DNA of 64,000 nt from Camelus ferus (Eukaryota). The stretch lies in contig NC_045703.1 of the NCBI RefSeq assembly GCF_009834535.1, positions 51,026,001 to 51,090,000 of the forward strand. Reading direction: 5' to 3'. Position numbers and translations under genes: made by a program. Below are positions 33,831 through 46,727 of the stretch, piece after piece. Below the pieces are notes generated by a model. That model made no database searches and was not told where the DNA came from. It saw nothing but the letters and a program-made list of their open reading frames with translations. How positions within the stretch are numbered: position 1 is the stretch's first letter; each line of letters begins with the position of its first letter.

Positions 33831-34444
33831 GCGTCCTGCATCACCCAGCAAGGCGTCCACTCCACCACCCCTGGTTCTGATCTCTGTAATGATTAGAAAG
33901 AGAAAAGGTGACTGGCCTAAGGGAATCTCTTGTACCTGAAGTGAAGTTCCTCAGTAATTTCTTAAGATTATGCTCAAGATTCTTCATGTTGGAAAAAACA
34001 GATCTCAGCACCAACAGAAGAGATTAGTCAAGCCCACTGAACTTAGTTTTTTTTCTCCATGATCTCAAGAGTGACAATCCTACCAAAGAAAGATTACACT
34101 TTTTTTCTTCTACTTCCAAAAAATTTTATTTTTACCTCCACAAGATTGTGCTTACAGAATACAATACCAACATAATCACAAACATCTCTTACAGGATTTT
34201 TGGTTTTGATGGAATTTTGTCTATTATCATTAAAGAAAATATTTTTTCCAACAGACTGTTTATTATAAATAAGTAATATTCATACCAAATATGAAATCTA
34301 AGATTTAATGACCAGTGGACACCATGGCACCCAGGAAAGTGGACAATTTGAAAAGAAAGCTGAGAACTGACAACCCTGAGTAAGCAAATGGCCATCAAGA
34401 TCAATAGAAATACCACTTATTTAAAATAGATATCCACTGGGGAG

Positions 34445-34700
34445 AATACATTGCATTGTGAACAAGAGCATGGCTTTTGAAGTCAAGCTGAGGTCCAGAC
34501 ACAGTTCAGCCACTTACTATTCATAGACTTAGGCACGTGACCCATCTATCCCCAGCCTCACCCTATGCATCTGAAAAATGGGGATTATATTGGAACCCAT
34601 TCAAGGTGATGTCCTGATAAGTAAATGACCTTATGTATGAAAAGCACTTAAAACACAGTGACTGTCACAAAGACCAAAAACTGTTAACAATTATTTTTAT
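34445..34700 (+). mobile_element. MIR
   Basis: agagcatggcttttgaagtc...gccacttactatt...catctgaaaaatggggattat...gtatgaaaagcactt. Confidence 0.8.
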
Positions 34701-34920
34701 GTATTAAGAATAATTGTGACAAGCACGCAGTAAGTCAGATGCCAGAGATGTAACAATGACTATCACATGAACCTTGTGCTCTGATCCTTAAGTTTGACCC
34801 TCTCACTCTATTCTGGGAAAGTCTGCTTTGGGTTTGATTTTAATGTAGCACTTGGAACATACCCAGAATTCAACCTGGTACGACTGGGCTGGCCACTAGT
34901 AGGACTACTTTCCTAAAGGA

Positions 34921-35020
34921 CCATGTTTCCACAAATCTAAGATACCATCATTAAAAGATGTATTATTTGTGTACAACTCAGAGAACAAAAAATGTGGCCA
35001 ATCATAATTGTAAGATACCA
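34921..35020 (-). mobile_element. MER104/Kanga-type (TcMar-Tc2) fragment
   Basis: ccatgtttccacaaatctaagataccatc...tattatttgtgtacaactcagagaacaaaaaatgtggccaat. Confidence 0.6.
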
Positions 35021-35379
35021 CTCACTCAGAATACTAGGAGTATGATACCCCCTAATTCCAGTAGGGAATATTAAGATACTTCAAAATTTCAGTTCAAAAG
35101 GTCAAAAACAATCTATTTTTTTAAAATTAATGCAATATGGTATTTTCATTTCCCCATCACTGCCTAGAGTCCACAAAGAAACATTCTGCCTGGACTCTGT
35201 GTTAATAGGATGGAGGGGAAGTGGCTTATGAGAAAGACATTTCACAATAGCCCGGAACTGGCTTTGAGGGAAACTTACTGAGCCAGAAAATAAATCAAAT
35301 ATCGGTGAGATTGATCCTGCAGTTAGGGAACAGTAAATTCCTGGGCTGCCTATGTGCCGTAGCTGCAGCCGGGTCAGTT

Positions 35380-35700
35380 GCACATACATTTATTTGGTCC
35401 CCACTCTGCCATCCACTGTTGAGTGCAGGGCTACAGGCAAAATGATATCTCCTCTTTGGAGGGGTTCACACACTAATAGGAGAGACAGACATGTAAACAG
35501 AATGCAAACCAGTGGTTTCTATATATTGAAATATGGACAAAGTCTAGAACTAGCGTAGAGAAAATGATTCATGGGGGAGAGCGGTGGAGGTGGAGAAACA
35601 GGGAGTGTATAGTATATTGAAAAAGGTTTCCTGAGAGGCAATACTGGAAGGGGGTTTTGAAAGATAACCCAGAGCTGAATGAGTAGCCAGTGAGAGCAGA
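35380..35700 (-). mobile_element. L2 fragment
   Basis: acatttatttggtccccactctgcc...gggttcacacactaataggagagacagacatgtaaacag. Confidence 0.65.
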
Positions 35701-37136
35701 GAACCGACAGAAGCCGTGGGTGCTTCGAGTCTAGTCCAACTTTGTCTTTTCACCCAGCCAGCCAGGAAGACCAGTACAAGTACTTTTCCATCCTACACCA
35801 GCGACTGCGCAAGCTCACATGAAGTAGCTCGCTATTCTTATGCACATACACAAAGAAGACAAAACGGAAAAAACTAGCACAGATTTGCTATGTTTTTTCC
35901 CCATGGAGTTTGCAAACTCCTGCCCTTTTTCAAAAAGCAGTGTTAGGACTGTGTGTCTTAAGGACAAGTTGAGATATTCCTTTTCCTTTGAATTCTCCAT
36001 ATTTCACTCTGCAAGAGAAATGAAGGGGGAAAGAGATTGTAGTAAAGGATGAAGAAACCAAACTTATCATGAAGTTGATATAAAATACAAATAAGTCAGG
36101 GAGATGGAGGAGAGCAAGTGATTTTCTTCTCCAGAAGGCGTTCTGTTCTGTATTCAGGGACGGTTTATGTTAGTTGGGAAAGAGTGTACAAAATTGATTC
36201 AGTTTTTCTCAAGGAAATTATTCAACATCATCTCCATTCTGTCTCCAGTCGATGCTGTTTGTACAGGGGAGTTTTTATGATTCAGAATTCTGGCTACCTG
36301 GCCACCTCCAAAGTTAGCAATTCATTTCCTTGACTCTACTAGCTTGTCGCTGCCAACGTTGGGTCCCTCCGCACATGGCTGAATAGCCTGAACCACAGAT
36401 TTAGTGCTGCTCCTTCCTTGCTTCATTTTAATGCCTGCCATTCATCATATTGCCTTCTTCCTACATCGGCTACCCACTGTACACCCTCATTTACACTCTG
36501 ATCAACACATCAGATAACACCAGTTTGATCACAGATTCATATACCGGGGCAGCCATATACCAGATGACTCATCTTTGGACTTTCTGGGATTTCAGGGTGA
36601 ATTTGTTCACAAAGAGCTTATGCATAGCCCAGGCTTCTTCTGAAATAAAATCCTGGATCAGTTGCACAATTCCATGGACACTGATTATAGTTAAGCAGAG
36701 ATAGACAAGAGCATAAGATTATGGTTCCAGTCAAGGAGACCTCACCCCACGTAAACATGTTTGCATGCTGATGGTGAATGCAAAACCTTTAGCACAATGC
36801 TTGAGAAGTAAGACCATCAAAGAGTTAGTTTTCACTACATAGGGCAATCTCCGGGGCATCCCACCCTAATCTGAGATGACAGGTATTTTGGTAAGAGCCA
36901 AAGCTGTGAAAGAGGAGAAACAGAGGAAAGGGGAAGTTTGGTTTCCTTTTATCAGAAGCTGTTTTAGCAGGGAAAAGCCAAGCCTGACTATCTTCCTCAT
37001 TATTCAACCAGCCTAGAAAGCCACAAAATCTCATTTTTAAACACATTTTGGTGGACCAAAGAGCATAGCATGCTATGTGTCAATGGGATTTCATGCTCAA
37101 GTCAGATCATAAAGAATTTTGTGTGTCTATTATATG

Positions 37137-37168
<32 letters not shown>

Positions 37169-37682
37169 ATTGTAAACAAAAGAAATTTTTCATCAGGAGC
37201 TTTTCTGTAAGTTTTGCCATATTCTCTCTTCCGTCTTCTGTGTCTGATGTAAGGTCACCCTGTCTCACGATGGGGAGTGCTGGGGAATGGATAACAGAAA
37301 GGAGAGGGGAACTTGTGGCTTTTGATTTGAGTAAGATACATAGGTAACATCTCTGCCTTCTCCGTACTTCCTCCTGGCTCCATGGATGTGGCAGTAGCAT
37401 AGTTACAGCAGGAGAAATCAAATGTGAGCAATGACTTTCCCCTCCCTCCCTGCCCTCCCGATGCCCTGAGAAGTGCTGAGCATTTTTGCCACCAGAGCTG
37501 TAGATACAGGTTTCTGTGGCTCTCAAGGTTGTAGCAGAAGTCCTCTCCTCTCATTCCTGACAAAAGGTTGTTCAGCAAATTGTGACGAGAACATCGTCAT
37601 GCTGTGGTGTTTCTAGTAGAAAATATTTTTCTGGTTTGTAGTTGAGAAATGTAGGTTTGGTGTTAAGAAATTAAATAGTTCA

Positions 37683-37809
37683 GGTTGGGAGGGTAGAGCT
37701 CAGTGGTAGAGTTGCTGCCTAGCATGCATGGAGTCCTGGGTTCAATTCCCAGTACCTCCGTCAAAAAATAAGAGAATGAATAAATAAACCTGATGACCTC
37801 CCCCCAAAA
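37683..37809 (+). mobile_element. Camelid-type tRNA-derived SINE
   Basis: gggagggtagagctcagtggtagag (A box)...gggttcaattcccagtacctcc (B box)...aataaacctgatgacctccccc; perfect 18-bp TSD aagaaattaaatagttca at 37665-37682 and 37810-37827. Confidence 0.95.
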
Positions 37810-38029
37810 AAGAAATTAAATAGTTCATACATTTTGAGCCCTCACTGACAGATATTATTTATTAAAATATTAATATTTCATTTAAAATATATTCAAATGA
37901 ATCACTGAAGAGAGAACAATGTATATTTAAATATTCAAGTTATATTCATGAGGAGAAGTACATTTGGATCTTTTTTTAAGTAAAGAACACTCTGGAAAAT
38001 TGTGTTTTTTAAAACCACTTGGACGTATA

Positions 38030-38200
38030 CACTCATGACATTTCAGAGATTGGAAAGACTTGAGGCATCCCTTAGCCTGCTCTGTTTGTTGTCTGTAACA
38101 AGAATTAATCAATCGTCTGAGTGCCTCATTCAAAACAACCAACCAGATAGCGTTTGAGGCCAGATACTGAGGAGTCTTCTTTAAAACATCCTGATGCTCC
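38030..38200 (-). mobile_element. L3/MIR3-type 3' end fragment
   Basis: Reverse strand ggctaagggatgcctcaagtctttccaatctctgaaatgtcatga resembles the shared L3/MIR3 terminus. Confidence 0.45.
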
Positions 38201-38634
38201 AGACTCAAAATCATGGGTACACTGTACTGAATCATTAAAATATGTTACAATGTTTTTGGAGTAATAGAATCTAAAGATCTCATCTGACATAAATACAATT
38301 TGTCCACATTTTCACTGACATTCTAAAACAACAGGATCCCAACTAACAATTATTTCTTCATATTGTACTTTTGTAATCGTCTAGTCTATTACTAACTCTG
38401 GCATTACCCCTTATTATCTAAATAAGTGGCTGAGTTTGACTCATGACAGTGTCTCTTTCCTGGATCTGTTTTCATGCTCCTTCTGGCCATCCCTTGGTTA
38501 CCACAACATCTTCCTCGAGCAGTGCTTTGTTTAACAAGGAGTTTGAACACCAAGAGGAGTATGTCCCTGTCCAATCAGAAGCAAACATTTCTTTGAATTT
38601 TCTTTGATAGTGATCAATTCAATTACTCACTCCC

Positions 38635-38900
38635 TTATTCATTTAAGAATTTTTTTTCCAGGACACATCCCACAACCTAGCCATTGGGTTAAATGCTTTG
38701 GAGAGTCAGGGCTGAATGAGATGCTGTCCCTGGACTCACGGAACCTATAGTCTGGTGAGGACAAGACTGCATGCCAGGCACTATAAAGATAGGGCAGAGG
38801 AAGCAATAAACAGAAATATAAGGCAGGTGCTTTGGGGGAGTAGAGAGGAAGGAGTCATATCTGGGAATCACAAGGAAAAGCTTTGTTCAAACATGCAAAA
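38635..38900 (-). mobile_element. L2 fragment
   Basis: gagatgctgtccctggactcacggaacctatagtctggtgagg...ggaaggagtcatatctggg. Confidence 0.65.
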
Positions 38901-40207
38901 TGCAAGCAGTCAAGACAGTAAGGTGTTAGACTCTTCCAGGAACGATTTCACTCCCCTGCAATGAGGAAGACACAGCCCCGCTGAGAACCAGCATCTGGGT
39001 GTTCTGATCATAGGAATGTTCAACAGTCATTGCCAGATCACCACAGGCAGACAGGTGGGTCTCAGGGAGGTCAGAATTGGAAAGAATGAGCCAGAGAGAA
39101 TCTACTCGGAGACTAACCCAGCCATCTGTAAGCCACTAGAGAAATAGTCAAACTAAACAGCTTGGGAAACACATTCTCAGCTGCCCAGGCAGGCAGGCAG
39201 ACCAGGCTCGGCTGACTCTGGAAGAGCTAATCAGTCACAGGTGTGTTTTGGCCTTTTAGGTACATTTTCTTCAGAGGAACAAACCCATTTCACACAGTTG
39301 AGTTTGAGGCATAGCAACTTGCACTTTCTTTTCACTGGAGCTGACGCAGGACCTGAGCCCAGGTGCTCGTACATCTCTGCATGTGCCTGGAGACCCCCAG
39401 GTCACTACGTTGCCTGAATCCAAAGTCAGATAACTTTCTGACTACAATGAGGCGAGCGAGTCACCTAGGATGCACAATACAAGGAGATCCCACTATCAGG
39501 TGCTCACCCTGCCCCTGCATCACCCTGATGAGCAAGCGCTTCCCTAAACCCTGCCTGCCCCCCAGAGGGTTTCAAATTCTAGGAGAAGGAAGGGCTTCCA
39601 CAATTTGATGGAGGTGAGAAGCATGGGGCAATGAGTAGCCTGGTCAGTTTTCCGAGGACCTGTAATTAAAAATTCCCATTGATTGAGTCCCAAAGGCAAC
39701 AATACTGCAAGCCCCCCAGTCTCAACAGGGCTTTTCTGATTTCTTTTTTTCAAAGGAAAGATTCAATTAATCTCTTAACTTACCACTTTCCATGCACCCT
39801 CTTCACATCTCCCCAGTTGAAAATGTATTTCACAGCCCCATCCCTCTCTGTTCGTTGAAAACAGAAATTCAGAATATACACCACTGAGAAAAAAAGTTTC
39901 CATGTGGGATCTTTTTTTCTAACTCTGTTATGGCTTAAGCCTTGGTTGTAACACCTGAGTCCTGCTAAGGAGTGCCAGCTGTCCTGTTCAAACACTATTT
40001 TAGGATTAGTGCTTATCTCTTACAATACCTTCTGGCTCGCTCTCCTCATGAGACTTGAAATTGGCAATCATTTTTATAAACAGAGTGATAACCACAAAAT
40101 ATTAAGCAAAGTAAATATATGGTTTAACAATTACATAATCGAGAAAGCATAGACATTATTGTTTTCATAACATCTGATTTTTTTCTTCATTATCCAATTT
40201 GCTTCAG

Positions 40208-40918
40208 NNNNNNNNNNNNNNNNNNNNNNNNNNNNNNNNNNNNNNNNNNNNNNNNNNNNNNNNNNNNNNNNNNNNNNNNNNNNNNNNNNNNNNNNNNNNN
40301 NNNNNNNNNNNNNNNNNNNNNNNNNNNNNNNNNNNNNNAGGCTTGATCTCCAGAATATATAAGCAGCTCATATGACTTAATAAGAAAAAAACAAACAATG
40401 CAATCCAAAAATGGGCAGAAGACCTANNNNNNNNNNNNNNNNNNNNNNNNNNNNNNNNNNNNNNNNNNNNNNNNNNNNNNNNNNNNNNNNNNNNNNNNNN
40501 NNNNNNNNNNNNNNNNNNNNNNNNNNNNNNNNNNNNNNNNNNNNNNNNNNNNNNNNNNNNNNNNNNNNNNNNNNNNNNNNNNNNNNNNNNNNNNNNNNNN
40601 NNNNNNNNNNNNNNNNNNNNNNNNNNNNNNNNNNNNNNNNNNNNNNNNNNNNNNNNNNNNNNNNNNNNNNNNNNNNNNNNNNNNNNNNNNNNNNNNNNCT
40701 TACCATATGACCCAGGAATCTCGCTCCTGGGCATATATCCAGAAGGAACCCTACTTCAAAANNNNNNNNNNNNNNNNNNNNNNNNNNNNNNNNNNNNNNN
40801 NNNNNNNNNNNNNNNNNNNNNNNNNNNNNNNNNNNNNNNNNNNNNNNNNNNNNNNNNNNNNNNNNNNNNNNNNNNNNNNNNNNNNNNNNNNNNNNNNNNN
40901 NNNNNNNNNNNNNNNNNN
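40208..40918. other. N-runs 40208-40338, 40427-40698, 40762-40918
   Basis: Undetermined bases; a fourth run lies at 48475-48663. Confidence 1.
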
Positions 40919-41353
40919 ATTTGCAGCAACATGGATGTTCCTGGAGAATGTCATTCTAAGTGAAGTAAGCCAGAAAGAGAAAGAAAAATACCATATGAGA
41001 TCGCTCATATGTGGAATCTAAAAAAAAAAAAAAAAGAACATAAATATAAAACAGAAACAGACTCATAGACATAGAATATAAACTTGTGGTTGCCAAGGTA
41101 AATGGGAAGGGACAGTCTGGGATTTCAAAATTTGTAGATACTGACAGGCATATGCAGAATAGATAAACAAGATTATACTGTATAGCACAGGGAAATATAT
41201 ACAAGATCTTGTGGTAGCAAAAAAAAAAAGGTGACAATCAATATATGTATGTTCATGTATAACTGAAAAATTGTGCTCTACACTGGAATTTGACACAACA
41301 TTGTAAAATGACTATAAGTCAATAAAAAATGTTTGAAAAGAAAGAAAAATAAA
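40208..41353 (+). mobile_element. Young L1 3' part (ORF2 C-terminus plus 3' UTR) containing three N-runs
   Basis: GLISRIYKQL..NKKKTNNAIQKWAEDL, LPYDPGISLLGIY, FAATWMFLENVILSEVSQKEKEKYHM, 3' UTR and aataaa/A-rich tail; 5' boundary lies in or next to Ns. Confidence 0.95.
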
Positions 41354-42214
41354 GCTAGTATTTCCATACATTTGTACCCTTGTTTTCCTTTTTATTAAAT
41401 TCTCTTTTGCTTGTAGTATCTTTATTGACTCAAAAAAAATCCTATTTTGGAAAGAGAAAAAAATAAGGGGGAAAACTGTTTACAGAGATGGAGAGATGGA
41501 TTTTATTTACATAGCATCATGATTCCAAAAGTAATTGGTAGATTTTCTTGAAAGAACAAGAAAAGTACTAAATATGTTGTGTTTCACAGAGTCACAGATT
41601 CTTGGATTTGAGAAGATGAATTACACCTCAGACAAAACATACTCTTTCATGAACACACAGAGGTTAGATGTTCACACAAAACCTTTCTAGCACAGCTGAG
41701 GATGAGCCATCCCACGACACGTCCCCTGTGCCAGGCTCCCAGGCAGAGAGGTCACTTTTCAGTGAACCTGAACGCAACCCATTGGACTTGGAGGTGAGGT
41801 CAAAGCTTCCAGCAACGCAGAAATGTGAGTCTCTCCCTCAGCGATTCATCACTGTTGGCGATCAGGCAAACTGTCTCTGAGAGTCCAGCACAAACTACGT
41901 CATCATAGTCAGTTTTAATTTAAAGCCAGTTCAAAGACCACTGTAGCCTGAATACAGCTGAAGACCAGCTAGCTCACTCGTCACTTACAATTAACTCTAA
42001 GATGTTTTACAGAGTTAAGGGTAAGAAGACAGAAGGGATGATAAAATATTATAGTTTATTTAGCTATAACATTAAGAAAAAGCCTCAAATATTTAGGGAA
42101 ATTTTTATATTTCTGAGACTCTTACACCCAATTCTGTACAATGTGTTAATAACATCCATCAGTAGCTGTGGCTATCAGCAGAAAATTGAGGCAGTTGTAA
42201 GTAAGCAGTAATAA

Positions 42215-42440
42215 AATGAGCAGTAATTTTTTTTTAAATAGCCACCATCTACAACATGCTAGTTCACTGAATCCTCACAAAAGTTTTGTGGGGTAGGATT
42301 GATATTTTAATCCTGTTTTGCAGATAAGAAAAGTGAGACTTGGAGGGCTCACAATACTTGCTCAAGGGCAAAATTCTTTCAGTAGCAGAGCTGGGATCTG
42401 AACCAGCTGGGAGATGTTCTGAATCCAAGTTCACACTCCT
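42215..42440 (-). mobile_element. MIR
   Basis: ttcactgaatcctcacaaaag...ttttgcagataagaaaagtgagact...agcagagctgggatctgaaccag. Confidence 0.85.
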
Positions 42441-43479
42441 CCTAATATACTTACTAGGCTGTTTAATTCAGATGATGACTGACTTCATTATGACCTGTAT
42501 GCTCAACAGTAATAAATTTAAAAAAATCTGTGTTGCAGACAAGTGACTCCTCTGTGGTCAGAAAAGTAACGTCATCTTAGAAGCATTCACCTCTTTGAAA
42601 AGATGGCTTCATGAAGCGAGACAATGCTACAGTCCATTGTGAGAGACTCACGGTCAGCAGGAGAAAAAACTGATTGGTGGATAGATAGATCCGGTTGTGT
42701 TGAAAATTCTGTTTGTTTCCAGTTCTGCTTTCCATCCTTCTGTGCCCTGGAAGGCTGGCCTCTGTGAACTGCATCAGGGCTATCCCTTCCTCATCCTCTG
42801 GGAGCTGGTTCAGACATAGAAGGTCCTGGCAGGGGACAGTGCGTGCGGGAGACGGTGTTTGGGCTGTGAATTTCCCCTGCCTGTCGCCTGCTGGCCTGAG
42901 GGCTGGCAGGGACTGTGTTCCTCCTCCTAAGACTACTGTTCCTTTGCTTTGGCTTCAGCTGGCTCTGCCTCGCCCCCCCGCCCCCACTCTTCCTAGTAAC
43001 CCCTCAAGCCCCTTGCACCTGCTAGCTTAAGAATGGTTGACTAGCCTGAGTTTCCCTAAAAAAGTGACTACAATGGGTTATTTGGGAACATTCCTCAGAG
43101 CACAGGAGAGAGAGTCAGGGGGAGTGAACGCAAAGTAAAAGCCCAAACAAGGATGAGTTCTTGAAATGGCCACTGTTCTCATCAGGTGGTCCTCAGCCCC
43201 TCCATCTTCCGAGGAATCTTCTGAAAAACATCACAGGACAGACTGCTGGGGAAGATATAGGGGAGTGGGCATCAGCCAGCTTAAGCACCCCCTACTTCGG
43301 GGGTGGCGCACCAGCACCTACTCGCCCATTTCCATCCTCAGCTTGCCCACGTCCCCACATCAGAGAAGCCGGGCTAGGACTGCAGAAGCCTCCCAGAGCA
43401 GAGAGAGAAGCTTGTGGAAGGCGCAGTGGAGCTCCGCCCCCCGTGGTGGGGGAAGGAGAAGTGGGGGCGGGGTGAAGAT

Positions 43480-43635
43480 GGCCCCCTGCTATGGCTAACT
43501 CGGGTTTTCCACCACCTGCTTGTTTTTTCTGTTTGTTCACTTTGGCTTAACCCTGCCGCCTATTGTAAACAGTTCCATCTTTTACATCTCAGCTGCCCCA
43601 TTTGGGACATCAGTTTCCTGTTACAACCCTGCCTC
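43480..43635 (+). mobile_element. ERVL LTR 3' fragment (LTR41/LTR33-like)
   Basis: cttaaccctgccgcctattgtaaacagttcc...ccccatttgggacatcagtttcctgttacaaccctg resembles the LTR41 3' end. Confidence 0.5.
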
Positions 43636-43740
43636 CTTCACTAGCATCCTGTCAATCCTGCTGTCAGAGACTCTTCCTCCCCTTAACCCACTATTCTCTC
43701 TCCCCAAACAATAACATCTAATGGCTTTATACCCCCTTCT

Positions 43741-44199
43741 TGTACTGGGTTGGGTAGTGTCCCCCACCAAATTTATGTCCTTCCTGGAACTGCAGAATGT
43801 GACCTTCTATGGAAATAGAGTTATTGCAGATATAATTAAGATGAGGTCACACTGGAGTAGGGTGAGACTTTAATTCACTATAACCGTGTCCTTTTAAGAA
43901 GAGAAGAAGAGACACAGACACGGAGACACAGGGGACGCAGCCTGTGAGGATGGAGGAGGCAGAGACTAGAGGAATGAGTCTACAAGTCAAAGAAAACCTA
44001 GAAGTGCCAGCAGCTGCCAGAAGCAGAGAGAAAGGCATGGAACCGCTTGGCTCTCAGAACACACAGAAGGAGCCAGCCCTGCCCACACCTCGACCTCAGA
44101 CTTACAGATTCATTTAGAAATGTGAGAGAATGAGTTTCTGTTGTTTAAAGCCACCTAGTTCATGGTCATTTGTTATGAGAGTCCTAGGAAAGGAATACA
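43741..44199 (+). mobile_element. MLT1C solo LTR
   Basis: tgtactgggttgggtagtgtcccc...gaatgtgaccttctatggaaatagag...gccagcagctgccagaagc...tttctgttgtttaaagccacctag...ggaataca. Confidence 0.9.
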
Positions 44200-45059
44200 C
44201 CTCTCCATCCAGGCTCTGCATCAAGGTTCCACGGAGGTTGTCTGCAAGGACATGTTTTGTTTTCTCTCAACCCATCAAAACTGATCTGCCCTAGGTTTAC
44301 CCTTTGACGTCATAGCCTTTACCAGCTGCGAGGAGGTGAGGAGACTGTGTCTGCCAAAGCATTAATAATTAGTTAATATGGCCCCGGCCACACAGCACAC
44401 ATCCTCCAGTTGACCTGTCCCATCTGCTTAAGGAAGCACTTTGAGAACCCTTAACAGTCAATTAGTGGAGAGTGGTTCGGGCCACGCCTCAGACCATGCC
44501 CTGCAAGACATCGGCTACCCGTGCTCTACCAGCTTGAGTGAGAGGCTCAACTAGTGTGGAAACATTCTAAACGTCCGCGTGCCTGCCTCCCTGGTGGTTA
44601 TCCCAACCAAAACCACGCAGAAACCAGGACTGCAGCAGCGCAGGTCCCACTCAGGAGTAAAGCTGTGGATCAGCCGGGTCGGGGAGCAGATCCACACAGT
44701 GGACTGTGACTATGTTCCCACGAGTGCAAATCACCCCTTGACAGGCACGTGATCAGCCCCTGCCTGTCCATCTCCCTCGCCTTTCCTTGAACCCATTTTG
44801 GCCCATAGTTAATTCTACTAAAGGAAGGAAAGGTCAAGAGGAAGAAATGCAACTAGCTTCTCTTGGGTTTTTTGCTTAGATGTAGTTCTTTAGGTGAAGT
44901 CTCAGGCTAAAATGAGGCTTTGCGCGCCCTGGGTTTGGTTTAGTTTTGCTTTGCTTTGCTTGGTAGTGTTTGCATCTGGCGGACAGAGGAGAGTCCCGCC
45001 TGCACGTCTCTGCTGCTCTGCCACCACCAAGTGTGGGCTTTGGAGAGGAGCACACTCAG

Positions 45060-45200
45060 TCCAGCTCCAGCTCCCCCACTAACTGGTGACCTGGGGCAAG
45101 AGAATGAGCCTCCTGGAGCCTCAGCCTTCTCGCCCATGACCTGGGGAGAAATGCCTCCTCAGAGCTCGGTTGTGAGGACTGAACAAGTGGCTGTGCTTAC
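45060..45200 (+). mobile_element. MIR fragment
   Basis: cagctccccactaactggtgacctggggcaag...agagctcggttgtgaggactgaa. Confidence 0.7.
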
Positions 45201-45404
45201 AGCATCCTGCAGGGTGGCAGGTATTTGGTAAAACTGAGTGAATCCCTTCTCAGAGATATTCCTCCATTAACATGCATTTTAAGTCTTGCTTTCTGTGATC
45301 ACTTTGACTATTCTAATTTACACTTATTTAATTTTTTGTATCTGTCTCATCTCCCCAACTTCATTGTAAATTCAAGGCCAAATTTTACTGTCATCATTGT
45401 AAAA

Positions 45405-45640
45405 AATAATAATAATAATAACCCTTATGGGCCACCCTGTGTGTCAGATCTCATCCTGAAGTACTTCATTTACGTAATCCCGGTGTGACCCACTGAAATA
45501 GGAATATTAACCCAGAACCTAAAAAGTGAGGCTTACTTCAGACAACGAGTGATGGACAGAATCACAATCACAGTCAAGTCTGTCGCAGTTCTAGCTAGCA
45601 ACTGATCTCTCAAACACAGGGCTTCTCTCCTACTGCAGAC
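45405..45640 (-). mobile_element. MIR
   Basis: ataataataataacccttatgggccaccctgtgtgtcag...aaaagtgaggcttac. Confidence 0.65.
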
Positions 45641-45799
45641 ACACGGCAGGAACTCCAGAATAATCTTTAAAAGTTGTGAGTAGATCCAATCTCTAAGATA
45701 CTGTACAAGACATAACTGTGCATGTCAATGACAGCGCTTACTTGAGAAAGACGTACTAAAATCAAATAAAATGTATTTCATGATTACTCAAAAAATATA

Positions 45800-46140
45800 C
45801 TCTTCTCTTCCTTTTTTCTATTAAACTCTCTCCAATTCGGCTTATCCCCACCACTCTACCCAAGCTTCACTTCTCTTCTCGCCCGGTCTCCAGGACGGCC
45901 TTCCTTGAAACACTTTCTTCACTTGGCTTCTGGAACACTACGGTTCAAGAAGCCAAGTCTCTGATCTCACCAGATGGTTCCTTTGCTCGCTCCTCCTCTC
46001 CTCCATCCGGGAAGTTTGTAGTGTCCCTGGACTCAACTGTGGCCTCTTCTGTATCTACCCACTGGATGATCTCAACCAGCATCATGGTTTTGAATACCAT
46101 GCAGTCACTTCTGCTGTCATTCCTAAAATTCACTGTGCCT
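45800..46140 (+). mobile_element. L2 ORF2/3' fragment
   Basis: ccttccttgaaacactttcttcacttggcttctgg...ccactggatgatctcaaccagcatcatggttttgaataccatgc. Confidence 0.75.
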
Positions 46141-46629
46141 GGCAAAATCACACAATGACAACCTCAGGGCTCATGTGAAAGATGTGCTTGGGGCACAACA
46201 CTCAAAAATGTCACGAGTGACATGTAAAGAAAAAGAGATCTTTACAAAAACAGTAGTCCAGTTTCACACATTTTCAATGGTTAAGAAATGCATAAATACT
46301 AAAATTAACATGATACTTCACCTTGACAAAGCCCAGAAAGATTGCAACATGCGAGTTTGTCTGAAGTGGTGGAAGGAAAGTTGTCTGGAATTGGTCAGGG
46401 GATTTGTAACAAGAGATGTGGATGATTGTGGCTCATAACACACGATAAACTTGGGTAGACGCTGAGGTGTGTTCTTGTCAGTATTCTGAGTTTTCCTATA
46501 TTGTGTGGTTCAGTGGGGTGAAGTTTAATGCTTTCATTTAGTTTTTCTTCCAGAATAAATCACACATAAGCAAACGTGAAATTCATATTATGTTTAAATT
46601 GGTCCCTAATGCATCAGCCTATGTTGGGT

Positions 46630-46727
46630 CTGCAAAGAGGCTGTATCCAAAGAAGGTCACATTCCCAAGTCTTGGAGGTTAGGACTTCAACGTATGTTTT
46701 TGAGGAACACAATTCAATCCATAACAC
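46630..46727 (-). mobile_element. MLT1A/B 5' fragment
   Basis: tatccaaagaaggtcacattcc...ggaggttaggacttcaacgtatgtttttgaggaacacaattcaatccataaca. Confidence 0.8.

Noticed and set aside
40190-41021. ORFs of 72-207 aa with X residues
   Set aside because: Translations through N-runs of an L1; plus-strand parts are L1 ORF2 C-terminus, not host genes
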